64,000 bases of DNA from Alphaproteobacteria bacterium. GTDB lineage: Bacteria; Pseudomonadota; Alphaproteobacteria; SHVV01. Under the pieces are notes generated by a model, which had not been told where the DNA came from, did not search any database, and saw nothing but the letters and a program-made list of their open reading frames with translations. Numbering within the stretch: position 1 is the first letter of the stretch; each line of letters opens with the position of its first letter. The translations under genes were made by a program, and so were the position numbers. This document shows, one piece after another, positions 1 to 9,479 of this stretch. The stretch lies in the NCBI GenBank assembly GCA_965261735.1, contig OZ253470.1:4384001-4448000 (forward strand), given 5' to 3'.

Positions 1-294
1 CTTCATGCCGCAGGCGACACCGTCGGAGATGTTCGGAATGTGGCTGCCGATGGCGTTGTCGCTCATCGTCGTAGCGGCTTGGCGCTGGCGTGCCGCCGGA
101 ACGTGGTACACGGCGTAACGATCTGTTTTCCGGCCTTCGGGTTACCGATTTTGAGGGCAGGGCGACCATAGCTTTCAATGTAGGCGCGAATACCGTGACG
201 TTCCTCAGAATTGTCGACGGAGGCCGTGATATAGAAGACGCTTCGATGAGTCATAAAGTGCATCACCACTATCGAACGGGTTGCCCGGTAATCA

Positions 295-1983
295 CTACCT
301 CTCCGCCGCGTCGAGGTCCTGATCTATACTGTCTCCGATGCGGGCGGCGGATGCCTTGACGGTGTCGCGGGCAAGATGGGCGTATCGAGCGGTCGTCTGG
401 ACCTGCGTGTGTCCCAGCAATTTGCCGATCATGGGCAAGCCCTCGCCGAGCGCCAACGCGCGGGAAGCGAACGAATGGCGGAGGTCGTGAATTCTCACCC
501 CGTCGAGTCCGGCGCGGGCTCGGATACGCCGCCAGGGGTGCTGCAGGTCGGTGAGGTGCCAGCCCGGCTTGCGGCCCGCGATCACCCATGGATTGTCCTC
601 GTCGCGGGGCAGGGAGGTCAGCAACCGTACGGCGGAGGGCGCAAGCGGGACCGCCCGCCCGCCGGTTTTGGTGTCGGGCAACCTCAGCTCGCCCGCGTCG
701 AGATCGACATGGTCCCAGCGCAGCTTCTGGATCTCCGACAGCCGGCAGCCGGTCAGCATCAGGAGACGGATTGCGGCTACCGCCGAGCGGGTCTCCGATC
801 CGTCCCCCAGAATCTCGTCGAGAACCTGGCCAAGCCGGGTGAACTCCTCCGCGCTCAGGAATCGTTCGCGCTTCTCCTCCTTGTAGCGCTTGACGTGCAG
901 ACAGGGGTTTGAGCCGTCCGGACGCAGACCCCACAACTCGGCCAAGTTGAACATTTTTGAAAGCACCCCGAGGGTCCGGTTGGCCTGATAGGGAGTCTCC
1001 CGCATGCCATGGTGCAGTTCGGCGATGTCGCTCCGCTGAATCTCCGTCACCTTGCGGGTTCCGATCCTGGGGTCGATGAAGAACTTCACCGAACGCTGGT
1101 ACTCGTAGGCCGTGCTCGGCTTGCAATGGACTGGGACATACTCTTCCAGAAAGCGTTTGCCCAGAACCTTCATCGTTGCCGCCTTGCGGCCCTTGTCCCG
1201 AAGGGCGGCCGGATCTTTACCGCCCTTGGCCTCCGAGATCAGCGCCATGGCCCGCCGCCGTGCGGTCTCCGGCGTCACTGCCCCATGACGACCCAGGGTC
1301 ATGCGGCGCAGCCGACCGTTGGCGCGGAACTGGACCACGTAATACTTGCGTCCCGAGGCGCGGACACGCAGGCCGAAACCGGCGAGATCGCCGTCCCAGT
1401 AGAACTTGTCCGATCCGTCGGGGCGTGCTCGCCTGATGTGTGCGACTTCGCTTGCAAGCTGCGCCTTCAGCGTGAGCTTGCCGCTCTCCGGCATGGGGCC
1501 GAGATAGAGGGTCTTCAGGCGCTTGCCCTCGGCGTCGTGGAAGGAGACCGTGCCGCAGGCAGCCTCGCGCCAGGAGGCCTTGGCGCGACCGTCCTCGCCG
1601 GGTCTCAGCGGCACCATGACGCCGTCGAGGGAGACCGAGGCGGTGGTCGCGTCCTGCGGTATGCCCTCGGCCTCACGGATGCTGCCCAGCGTCTCCGGGC
1701 CGAGGCTCTCCCAGCATTCGTGCATGCTCAGGGTCAGGCGCTGCAGGGTGCTCACCGACGGCGTCATGGCGCCGGTCTTCGCAAAGAACGCCGCCGCTTC
1801 CCGGGCCGTGCAGTGACCCATCATCAGCAGACCGAGCTCGGCCGCCGGCCGCGTCAGGTAATCGTCGACGAGGCCCTGGCTCTCGTCGACTGGCACCGGC
1901 GATGCCCCGCTCGCGCCGCTGCGGTAACGCGCTCGCCGGTAGGTCACCGGACCGAGCGAGGTCATGATCGTCTTCGCCGTCAC
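295..1983 (-). pseudogene. In-frame chimera: ISKra4-like transposase fragment (about 1421-1983) fused to a tyrosine integrase lacking its first 17 codons (295-1420)
   Basis: N-part has SLDGVMV and WREAACGTV; from DGSDKFYW onward it matches the 46787-47962 integrase, including HDLRH and LLGH...TTARY. Confidence 0.8.
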
Positions 1984-1994
1984 CGCGACCCGGA

Positions 1995-2482
1995 ACTCGC
2001 TTGCTTACGCACAGGTCAAAGAGAAATTTGTCGGCATGGTTGAAAACCATATCGATGAGTGTGGTGGGTTACCGCCGGAGATCGCCGGTGCGAGAGCGTT
2101 TGTCGATACACTCAAGTCGCATCCCGAGGCTTCCGTCGCCCTGGCAACCGGCGGCTGGAAGGAAACGGCGATGATGAAGCTTCAAGCGATCGGGATAGAC
2201 CCACAGGAACTGTGTCTAGCTTCAAGCTCCGATTCAGTCAGCCGGATTGAAATCATGAAGATCGCTGAACAGCGGGCCTTACTTGGAAGACCCGCGTCAC
2301 GAAGAACCTACTTTGGTGACGGACCCTGGGATAAGACGGCGTGTCAGGAGTTGGGGTACGAGTTCATCGTGATTGGAAGCGGGGTTGAGAATCCAACGCG
2401 GTATGCTGATTTCAGAGACGCTGAAAGAATTCAGGCAGAACTGAGATTGAATACCACGGAACTGAGGACGCCTATTGACTGA
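1995..2482 (+). pseudogene. HAD-family hydrolase, N-terminally truncated
   Basis: ALATGGW and YFGDGPWD motifs are present; N-terminal DxD motif absent; left boundary approximate. Confidence 0.6.
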
Positions 2483-2874
2483 CATGCACATCAAGCCGAT
2501 TCACAGAGCCTCATGCCACTGCGGCGGCGGCAGCGCCATGGGGATCGTTGCGTTGGCCGGCGGCACCGCTACGGGCGTCATGGCCATCAGCGGCGGAAGC
2601 AGCAGAAGCGCGATACCGATCTAGTTCGGCACATCCAGCAGCGTCAGATGCACCGAGTTAGCTGTGCCTCCCCCCTCGCCACCCGGCGGGAGTCCGGGCG
2701 GTGAGGGGTTCAACGCAAGTGCTCGTCGTCGCGGATAGGATCCAGGAACCATCGTTGCCGTTGACCTACGGCAATCACACACTAACGAACAAACCTGACC
2801 ACTCAAATCGGAGGCGGTCATCTGTTCGCTCATAGAGATTTCGGCAAATTGGTCACCAGCCAGGTGCCGAAGAA

Positions 2875-3489
2875 TTGTTCAAGAGAGAAACGATGGCAGA
2901 ATTTAGGATAAATTCTGATCGCTTCGATTGGTTAATAAGACGCATCGAGAAGGGCGACTACATCGACGGTGAGAACCTTGCGGACGCCCTCCGAAACAAG
3001 GACAATCTCCCCTTTCCGAAAATCTTCTTGGACTACTTATGCCGATTCCTCGCCGGGGAAGTCAGGAGACGGAGAGGTCGGCCGAAAGTCCCCAACTCAA
3101 AAAGTCAACACCTCGGAGAGACCCACCGGCGCTACCTGGGGCACATCACGAAACGAATACAGTCGGGCGATTTTATCAGCGGCCCGGAGCTGGCCGACGT
3201 CTTGCGACGTGAAGACGCAGGCGAGATCCCGAATGTTCTTCTGGACTACCTCTGTAAGTTCCTCGCCGGGAATATCAAGCCGCCCCTGGGTCGACAGCCA
3301 CTGCCGCCAATCGACAAGCGTCAGCGCGATATGATCGTCAATGGTCTGTACAGGCGCTACACGGAGAACCTCATCAAGAGGAAAGCCCGTGAAGGTCATG
3401 CCGCCGGCTGGATCCACCTGCGCCTGGCTGGGAGCAGCACATCAAGGAAGGCAAGAACGCGATTGTGTGGACCCGGCTGTCGTACATGA
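2875..3489 (+). CDS. Hypothetical protein with two tandem copies of an approx. 50-aa domain; C-terminus replaced by IS1380 debris
   Basis: RIEKGDYIDGENLADAL...LDYLCRFLAG...RGRP repeats as RIQSGDFISGPELADVL...LDYLCKFLAG...LGRQP. Confidence 0.55.
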   Translation: MFKRETMAEFRINSDRFDWLIRRIEKGDYIDGENLADALRNKDNLPFPKIFLDYLCRFLAGEVRRRRGRPKVPNSKSQHLGETHRRYLGHITKRIQSGDFISGPELADVLRREDAGEIPNVLLDYLCKFLAGNIKPPLGRQPLPPIDKRQRDMIVNGLYRRYTENLIKRKAREGHAAGWIHLRLAGSSTSRKARTRLCGPGCRT

Positions 3490-3573
3490 GGTTCCGCAAC
3501 AACGAGTCGACTGCAGCTTCATGCGCTGGTCTATAATCTCGCCAACTTCATGCGCACCCTGGCTCTGCCGGAG
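3431..3573 (+). mobile_element. IS1380 transposase remnant
   Basis: Reads EQHIKEGKNAIVWTRLS / LQLHALVYNLANFMRTLALP with a frameshift; matches the C-terminus of ORF 21161-22252. Confidence 0.8.
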
Positions 3574-3594
3574 AATAAGGAGGAAGACTCGCAA

Positions 3595-3666
3595 GATGAA
3601 CGTTTGAACTCAGCCGCGTGCGAAAGACGTCGACCGTAGCACGTCGGCTGAAGCGAATGGTTGGTC
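3595..3666 (-). other. Integron attC site
   Basis: Minus strand GACCAAC-cattc-GCTTCAGCCGACGTGC...GCACGCGGCTGAG-ttcaaac-GTTCATC; imperfect palindrome with two unpaired bases, 72 bp, immediately after the HNH stop codon. Confidence 0.8.
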
Positions 3667-3672
3667 GCCTGG

Positions 3673-4194
3673 TTACGCAATGTCGATCCCTGCGGCAAAC
3701 CTCTTGAGGAACTCAAGACCCGCATCAGTTACCCAGTAAGTAAACGTCATTGGAAAACTCTTCCGAAATCCATCGCTACCGATCACATCGAACTCCATGC
3801 CAGCGACATGTTTGTCCTCGAAGAAGCCATCCTTGACAGCGTTGGCGACGAGCAGATCGCCCGCAACGCCCAAGATAAAGACCCGTTCACCGGTCTTCGC
3901 GAGAACTTCGAAGATCCTGCGTTCAAACTCGCCGTAGCGGTTGTTCAAGATTCCAAGGTTGTGCTTGTACATCTTCACCGCAATTCGGTCGATCTCCTTC
4001 TTCTGATCGAACCGCATGTGGCAATTTGGACAAAGGGCGATCAGATTTTCGAACGAGTTGTCCTGGGATTCAGCCCAAGGCACGATATGAGCTATCTCCG
4101 TGGTGGTTGCTCTACACGTGGGTATGGCGCACCTGTGACCGGCTTCTACGAGGACGGCGCGTTTGACCTCAGCGGAAACAGCGTCTCGCTGCAT
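3673..4194 (-). CDS. HNH endonuclease with C-terminal extension (gene cassette)
   Basis: CAIPTC, EIAHIVPW and NLIALCPNCH motifs; lies between two attC-like sites. Confidence 0.85.
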   Translation of the reverse strand: MQRDAVSAEVKRAVLVEAGHRCAIPTCRATTTEIAHIVPWAESQDNSFENLIALCPNCHMRFDQKKEIDRIAVKMYKHNLGILNNRYGEFERRIFEVLAKTGERVFILGVAGDLLVANAVKDGFFEDKHVAGMEFDVIGSDGFRKSFPMTFTYWVTDAGLEFLKRFAAGIDIA

Positions 4195-4222
4195 TGCTAC
4201 CTCGTCGGCTCAGGCGGCTAAT

Positions 4223-4300
4223 ATATGACGTCGTCGTTGAGCGGCCGAGCAAATGAGCGAAGCCCGCTTGTGAAGGTCCGCTTCGATTGGCTTGCTATGC
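4223..4300 (-). other. Degenerate integron attC site
   Basis: Minus strand GCATAGC-aagccaa-TCGAAGCGGACC...GGCCGCTCAA-cgacgac-GTCATAT; upstream TAG stop overlaps the inverse core; both cores are off-consensus. Confidence 0.6.
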
Positions 4301-4570
4301 GTCATTGGCCTGCCTGTGAGCAACGTACTCTTGTATCTGCTGCTCGATCCATTCTTTGGTGATACCGAATGACTCCCAAGCTGTCATCCAGAGCGCATCC
4401 ATTCGCGTATCGACTAACCTGAGGTGTTCCAGGATTTCAATCAGTTCGTCGATCATTTCCCTTCTACCGGACGGAACCATGAGATCGATGTCGTGGATCA
4501 CGAAGAACCGATGAGCGAGATAGTTGCGCTGTTTCAATGCGATGGCGAGATCGGCCTCAAGGTCGCTCGA
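4295..4570 (-). pseudogene. 5-prime truncated cassette gene with HEPN-like RxxxxH motif
   Basis: Frame reads SSDLEADLAIALKQRNYLAHRFF...; helical; ends in the attC. Confidence 0.45.
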
Positions 4571-5115
4571 GGCGGGCCAAGCGGAAATTGTAGCTGACGG
4601 TTATCTCTTCGGAAACCTCATCCGTTTGGAATCTGTGTTGACATGATAAGCCAAGACTCTGTCCCTCACACTTACCTAACTGGTGGTGATTTAGGTGTGG
4701 TATTCTGTTCACCCGGTTATCGTATTGTCGTTCGTATACGCAGCACGGAAGGAAGACACCGGGCCGCTCGGGATGCTGGCTTGGTGGAGTCTATGATTCA
4801 TGTTGCCAGATTAAGCTTCAGAAATGAACGCAATTCTTACTTGCTAGACATCGCATGATCTCTCTGCGATCGAAGCAAATTATTTCTCGCTCCGTCACTG
4901 GCAGACACGAATTGCCTTAGCTGCGCCCGGATGCGCTGAGGTGCGATTTAGCGTCATGGGCTTTGTGCGGCTATCCAGGGACGAGGTGGAGATCGTCGTC
5001 GACCGCTCACCCATGCAGTCAATGGTCGGCGGCTGAACCCTCTACCGAACGGTCCGGGCGAACGTGTCATTGCCCGCAACCTCGCCTATCCGGTTTACAC
5101 CCACACCCACTAGGG

Positions 5116-6213
5116 CTAGTGGATTGATTCCAACGTTTGGAACCCTCTGTTTCGTGCGGCGATGATATGATCGGGGTCGGCTTTCCAGATGAAGGGTTTT
5201 GGGTTTGCGTCATTGTATTCGCGGACAAATCGGTTGATGGCGTCCTGAAGGTCGACGACGGATTGGAAGACGCCGTATTTGAGCCTGCGCCGCGTTAGTT
5301 TGGCGAAGAAGCCCTCGACGGCATTGAGCCACGAGCACGAGGTTGGCGTGAAGTGGAAGGTCCAGCGTGGATGGCGGGCGAGCCAGGCGCGGACCTTGTC
5401 CTTCTTGTGCGCGGCGTAGTTGTCGAGGATGACGTGGACGGCCTTGTCCGTCGGCACCTCGCGCTCGATGCGGTTGAGGAAGCGGATGAACTCCTGATGG
5501 CGGTGGCGCTGCATGTTCTGTGCGATGACCGTACCGTCCAGCACGTTGAGCGCGGCGAACAGCGTCGTCGTGCCATGCCGTTTGTAATCATAGGTCATCG
5601 TACCGGCGCGGCCCTTCTTCATCGGCAAGCCGGGTTGGGTGCGGTCGAGCGCCTGGATCTGTGATTTCTCATCAACCGACAGCACCACGGCATGGGCCGG
5701 CGGATCGACATACAAGCCGACGATATCTGTGAGCTTCTCGGCGAAGGCGGGATCATTGGAGAGCTTGAAGTGCCGCCAGCGGTGCGGGCTGAGGCCATGG
5801 GCCTTCCAGATCGCTTGGACCGTCGACGCCGCGACGCCAGCAACCTTCGCCATCGCGCGCAGCGTCCAGTGGGTCGCCTCGTGCGGCGGCGCTTGCTGGG
5901 TCAGGCGGACGATCTCGGCGACGCGCTCCGGCGGGATCGGCGCTTTGCCAGGCGGACGGGACCTGTCGCGAAGCAAGCCGTTGACACCCTCGTGCATGAA
6001 CCGCTCCTGCCAGCGCCAGACACAGGTCTTGGACTTGCCGGTCTCGGCCATGATCGACGAGTTCCCGAGCCCCTCGTCGCTCTTCAGGATGATCCGCGCC
6101 CGCCAGACATGTTTCTGCGAGCTCTTCGGGTCCGCGACGATAGCTTGCAATCGCTGACGGTCGCCAGACGTGACAGTAAAATAGATGCCGGTGCGCATAG
6201 CACAGACTCGCAT
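5116..6213 (-). CDS. IS630 transposase
   Basis: SVDEKSQIQ, YKRHGTTTL, VILDNYAAHK and SWLNAVE motifs. Confidence 0.95.
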   Translation of the reverse strand: MRVCAMRTGIYFTVTSGDRQRLQAIVADPKSSQKHVWRARIILKSDEGLGNSSIMAETGKSKTCVWRWQERFMHEGVNGLLRDRSRPPGKAPIPPERVAEIVRLTQQAPPHEATHWTLRAMAKVAGVAASTVQAIWKAHGLSPHRWRHFKLSNDPAFAEKLTDIVGLYVDPPAHAVVLSVDEKSQIQALDRTQPGLPMKKGRAGTMTYDYKRHGTTTLFAALNVLDGTVIAQNMQRHRHQEFIRFLNRIEREVPTDKAVHVILDNYAAHKKDKVRAWLARHPRWTFHFTPTSCSWLNAVEGFFAKLTRRRLKYGVFQSVVDLQDAINRFVREYNDANPKPFIWKADPDHIIAARNRGFQTLESIH

Positions 6214-6269
6214 GACACCGCACCATACGGAATCTCAAATCGGACTCTTTCGTTCCGATCAATCCACTA
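5117..6269 (-). mobile_element. IS630-family element inserted at CTAG
   Basis: IRs tagtggattga / tcaatccacta; the empty site gggctagaatggg is visible in the stub at 61383-61514. Confidence 0.9.
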
Positions 6270-6303
6270 GAATGGGCGCAACCCGGATATAGGGGAGCGC
6301 GCC

Positions 6304-7323
6304 ATGGATGTTCTCGACCGCGCCGATCTCCCATTCCCGCATTCGCTACCCGAGTTCCAGCGACTTTTCCCCGATGATGCGGCCTGCGCCGCCTACCTGG
6401 AGAAAGCCCGCTGGGGAGACGGCTTTGCCTGCCCGCACTGCGGCACGGCGGGAGAGCCGTTCCACTTTGAAAACCGCCCTGGCGTCCTGCGCTGCCGCAA
6501 GTGCCGCCAGAACACCGGGCTGACGGTGGGAACAGTGATGGAGCGTAGCCACACTCCGCTGAACGTCTGGTTCTGGGCCGCTTATCTGGTCGCCAGTCAG
6601 ACGCCCGGCATGTCCGCCGTGCAGTTTCAGCGGCAACTTGGTCTTTCGCGCTACGAGACGGCCTTTCAAATTCTCCACAAGCTCCGCTCGGGCATGGTGC
6701 GGCCCAACCAAGATAGGATCGGTGGACAGCCCAAGAACCATGTTGAGGTGGACGAAACCTGGGTTGGCGGGCGAACGCGTGGGGAAGGCCGTGGTGTTCA
6801 CCACAAGGTTCCCGTCTCCTGTGCCATCGAGGTGCGTCATCGAAAGCCGGGCACCAAGCTCGACAACCGGAAAGACGGACGCTATGCCGGACGCGTTCGG
6901 CTCGCCGTCGTGCTCGACCGTAGCGCCGAGTCGCTCTGTGGGTTCGTCGAGAGCACCGTCGCGCCGCGATCGCTGATCGTTACTGACGATTGGAGCGGCT
7001 ATGCTGGCCTCGGGAAGCGCGGCTATGAGCACTTCGCTGTTGCCGAGTGTGGTGATCCAGAGGTTGCCGAGCAATACCTGCCGATCATCCATCTGGTTTT
7101 CGCCAACTTGAAGACGTGGCTGATCGGTATCCACCACGGCGTTAGCCACCAGCACCTACAAGCCTACCTCAACGAGTTCACCTTCCGCTTCAACAGGCGG
7201 TTATACCCGTTCAACGCCTTCCGCTCATTGCTCGGCATCGCGGGCGACACCTCTGCTCCAACCTATGCCGAGCTTTACTCGGGAGAGTGGCGGCACCCTA
7301 CATGTAGCGGTCATCGGCGTTAA
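6304..7323 (+). CDS. IS1595 transposase
   Basis: Zn ribbon CPHC/CRKC, VEVDETW, TDDW and YLNEFTFRFN. Confidence 0.95.
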   Translation: MDVLDRADLPFPHSLPEFQRLFPDDAACAAYLEKARWGDGFACPHCGTAGEPFHFENRPGVLRCRKCRQNTGLTVGTVMERSHTPLNVWFWAAYLVASQTPGMSAVQFQRQLGLSRYETAFQILHKLRSGMVRPNQDRIGGQPKNHVEVDETWVGGRTRGEGRGVHHKVPVSCAIEVRHRKPGTKLDNRKDGRYAGRVRLAVVLDRSAESLCGFVESTVAPRSLIVTDDWSGYAGLGKRGYEHFAVAECGDPEVAEQYLPIIHLVFANLKTWLIGIHHGVSHQHLQAYLNEFTFRFNRRLYPFNAFRSLLGIAGDTSAPTYAELYSGEWRHPTCSGHRR

Positions 7324-7479
7324 CCGGATAGGCAAGCCCGCAACTACCAGGGCTGCCGGCCTGTATTCCTTACATAGCAGCCCCGGCGCCGGCCCACCAA
7401 CGCATTGATTTCGCTTGCCTTGTCGGTTGTAGTGATTCACTCGGAACCAAACCTGTTACTGAAACGGTAGCTGCAAGCT

Positions 7480-7719
7480 TCAGCCTTTGATGTTGCGTGG
7501 ATCATTCCCGTGCGAGTCAGATTGGCTGATCCGACCGTCGCGATTGTGAATCTTGAATTCTGTGCCGGCATTCCGGCTTATCTCCCGGCCACGGTCCACC
7601 GCCTCCTGTTTCGTGTCGAAGAGCCCACTGGCACGTTCGGCACCCCCGCGGCGGACATTCCAGCCCCCGCCGGGATTAGGCACGACGTGATGGGTCCCAG
7701 ATCCTTTGCGCTGTGCCAT
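7480..7719 (-). CDS. DUF2188-family small protein
   Basis: HHVVPNPGGGW...IHNRDGRI...SHGNDP; AGGAGG RBS before the ATG at 7719. Confidence 0.85.
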   Translation of the reverse strand: MAQRKGSGTHHVVPNPGGGWNVRRGGAERASGLFDTKQEAVDRGREISRNAGTEFKIHNRDGRISQSDSHGNDPRNIKG

Positions 7720-7753
7720 ATCGGCCTCCTGCATCGTGTTTGCGATAGTCAAA

Positions 7754-7833
7754 GTTCGTGATCACGAACCGTCGGGCAAGTTAGGTGTTGCAGATATTGT
7801 CTGTCAAGGACTAAAAGTATCGTTATAGCGAAC
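7754..7833. promoter_or_regulatory. Divergent promoter region with two related palindromes (putative operators)
   Basis: Perfect GTTCGTGATCACGAAC at 7754-7769; variant TATCGTTATAGCGAAC at 7818-7833; minus-strand TTGACA at 7802-7807. Confidence 0.55.
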
Positions 7834-7858
7834 CTGGCGATGCAACTGGAGGTCATCC

Positions 7859-8182
7859 GTGCCAACGCCCCTGGGAGAGCGCGTGCGAGAGGTCAGACTG
7901 AAGCGTGGCTTGACCTTGGAAGCTCTGGCCGAGCAGGTCGGATCGAGCAAGAGCTACATGTGGGAGATCGAGAACAAGGCCGTCGCCCGCCCATCGGCCG
8001 AGAAGCTGCACCTGATCGCTGTCGCGCTCGACACGACCGCTGAGTATCTGCTCGCGGCGGATGAGGTGACCGAAGTTGAAGCAGCCGATGTCGCCTTCTT
8101 CCGCAAATATCAGAAGATGAAGCCCAAAGGTAAGGAGCAGCTTCGGGAGATGCTCAAGATATTGGATAACAAGAACGAATGA
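7859..8182 (+). CDS. XRE-family HTH regulator (CapH-like)
   Basis: LTLEALAEQVGSSKSYMWEIE HTH; ATGA overlap with the peptidase gene. Confidence 0.9.
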   Translation: MPTPLGERVREVRLKRGLTLEALAEQVGSSKSYMWEIENKAVARPSAEKLHLIAVALDTTAEYLLAADEVTEVEAADVAFFRKYQKMKPKGKEQLREMLKILDNKNE

Positions 8183-9111
8183 GCCCAAGCGGAGAAAAAT
8201 CGCCCCAACGTGCGGCCAACGACTTGACGGTTCTCCTTCGCACCGTTCTGGGGGAAGACCGGTTCCCCGTGGATGTCGGAGCGCTGGCGCGAGAGGTGTC
8301 GCGCAATCACGAAGATCCGATCACCACGATCCAGGGCGTCGACATTGCCGGCTTCGAAGGCATGCTGCGTGCACGGCGAAGGAAACCCGGCTGGCAAATC
8401 CTCTACAGCACTCAGCCTCGCTATCGTGGACGCGAGCGTTTCACTCTTGCGCACGAATTTGGCCACTACATCCTGCACCGTCGCCGACTGACCGCTGACG
8501 ACTACAAGAACGGCGAACTCGCTGACGATCTCGATTTCGAATGCTTACCTTTGCAGGCCGACCGATGGAGAGCGCCCGAGAAGCAGCGTGAGGAGGAAGC
8601 TGACACGTTCGCCTCATATCTCCTCATGCCGAGCGATGACTATCGGAACCAGGCCGACGGCCACGAAATGACCCGTGACCTGCTCAACCACATCACCCAT
8701 CGCTACGGTGTCTCGCTCTTAGCTGCCGTCCGAAAGTGGATTGAGTTCACCGGCTCGCGGGCCGCGATGGTCGTAGCGCGCGATGGCTTCGCTCTGTGGG
8801 GCCGTGCAAGCGCTTCCGCATACAGGGGCGGTATATTCGTCCCATCGGGTATGGCGCTTCCAGAAGGATCGGTGGCAGCAATGCCGCCCACTTCACGGAA
8901 CGGGAAAGCCAATCGTCCAATTATTCTTCCCGCCGGCGTCTGGACCTTCAGCCGCGGCTCTGAACCGACACGGGAGCTGACCATCTTCTCCACACGGCTC
9001 GGCATTTCCGTCTCCGTACTCCAATTCGACGATGATGCCGGCGACGCTGTGCTCGAAGAGGAAGCCCCTTGGGACAGCTACGACCAGCTCACAACTTGGG
9101 AGCAACGATGA
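8179..9111 (+). CDS. ImmA/IrrE-family Zn metallopeptidase (CapP-like)
   Basis: RFTLAHEFGH (HExxH) and EEEADTFASYLLMP. Confidence 0.9.
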   Translation: MSPSGEKSPQRAANDLTVLLRTVLGEDRFPVDVGALAREVSRNHEDPITTIQGVDIAGFEGMLRARRRKPGWQILYSTQPRYRGRERFTLAHEFGHYILHRRRLTADDYKNGELADDLDFECLPLQADRWRAPEKQREEEADTFASYLLMPSDDYRNQADGHEMTRDLLNHITHRYGVSLLAAVRKWIEFTGSRAAMVVARDGFALWGRASASAYRGGIFVPSGMALPEGSVAAMPPTSRNGKANRPIILPAGVWTFSRGSEPTRELTIFSTRLGISVSVLQFDDDAGDAVLEEEAPWDSYDQLTTWEQR

Positions 9112-9479
9112 TCGACCGGCCATTTCAAATTGGCGCTGTTGGCGAGGTTCTGGAGAGGGCAAAGCAAGCTGCAATTGACTATTACCGCCTGACCGGAAAA
9201 CCACTTGGCATTACCGGCGAAGTCGGCGAATACACCGCTACCCGGCTGCTCGAGCTAACGCTCGCTGATGCAAGGGCTCCCGGATATGACGCGATCGACG
9301 CGCACGGTCGACGCTATCAGATCAAAACCCGAGCATTGTCGCAATCGGCGAGACAGCGCAGCCAGCGTGTGGGCTCGATCAGGCTCGACCACGAATGGGA
9401 CTCGGTTCTCCTCGTACTGTTGGACGAGAAACTTGAGCCACGTGAAATTTGGGAAGCCAATAGACAGTCCGCCGCTGAG
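9108..9479 (+). pseudogene. PD-(D/E)XK-like (DUF6998-like) protein truncated by IS5
   Basis: TGEVGEY...GYDA...YQIKT; ATGA-coupled to the peptidase gene; runs into the IS5 IR at 9480. Confidence 0.6.

Larger units (their letters stand above)
5081..7336 (+). mobile_element. IS1595-family element carrying a nested IS630
   Basis: IRs ctcgcctatccggtt / aaccggataggcaag; 8-bp target duplication cccgcaac at 5073-5080 and 7337-7344. Confidence 0.9.

Noticed and set aside
2484-2510. MHIKPIH start resembling a HigA antitoxin
   Set aside because: Too short to support
5073-5080. TSD cccgcaac matches the acceptor end missing from the tRNA-fMet fragment
   Set aside because: Only 8 bp, and the flanks show no T-arm; most likely coincidence
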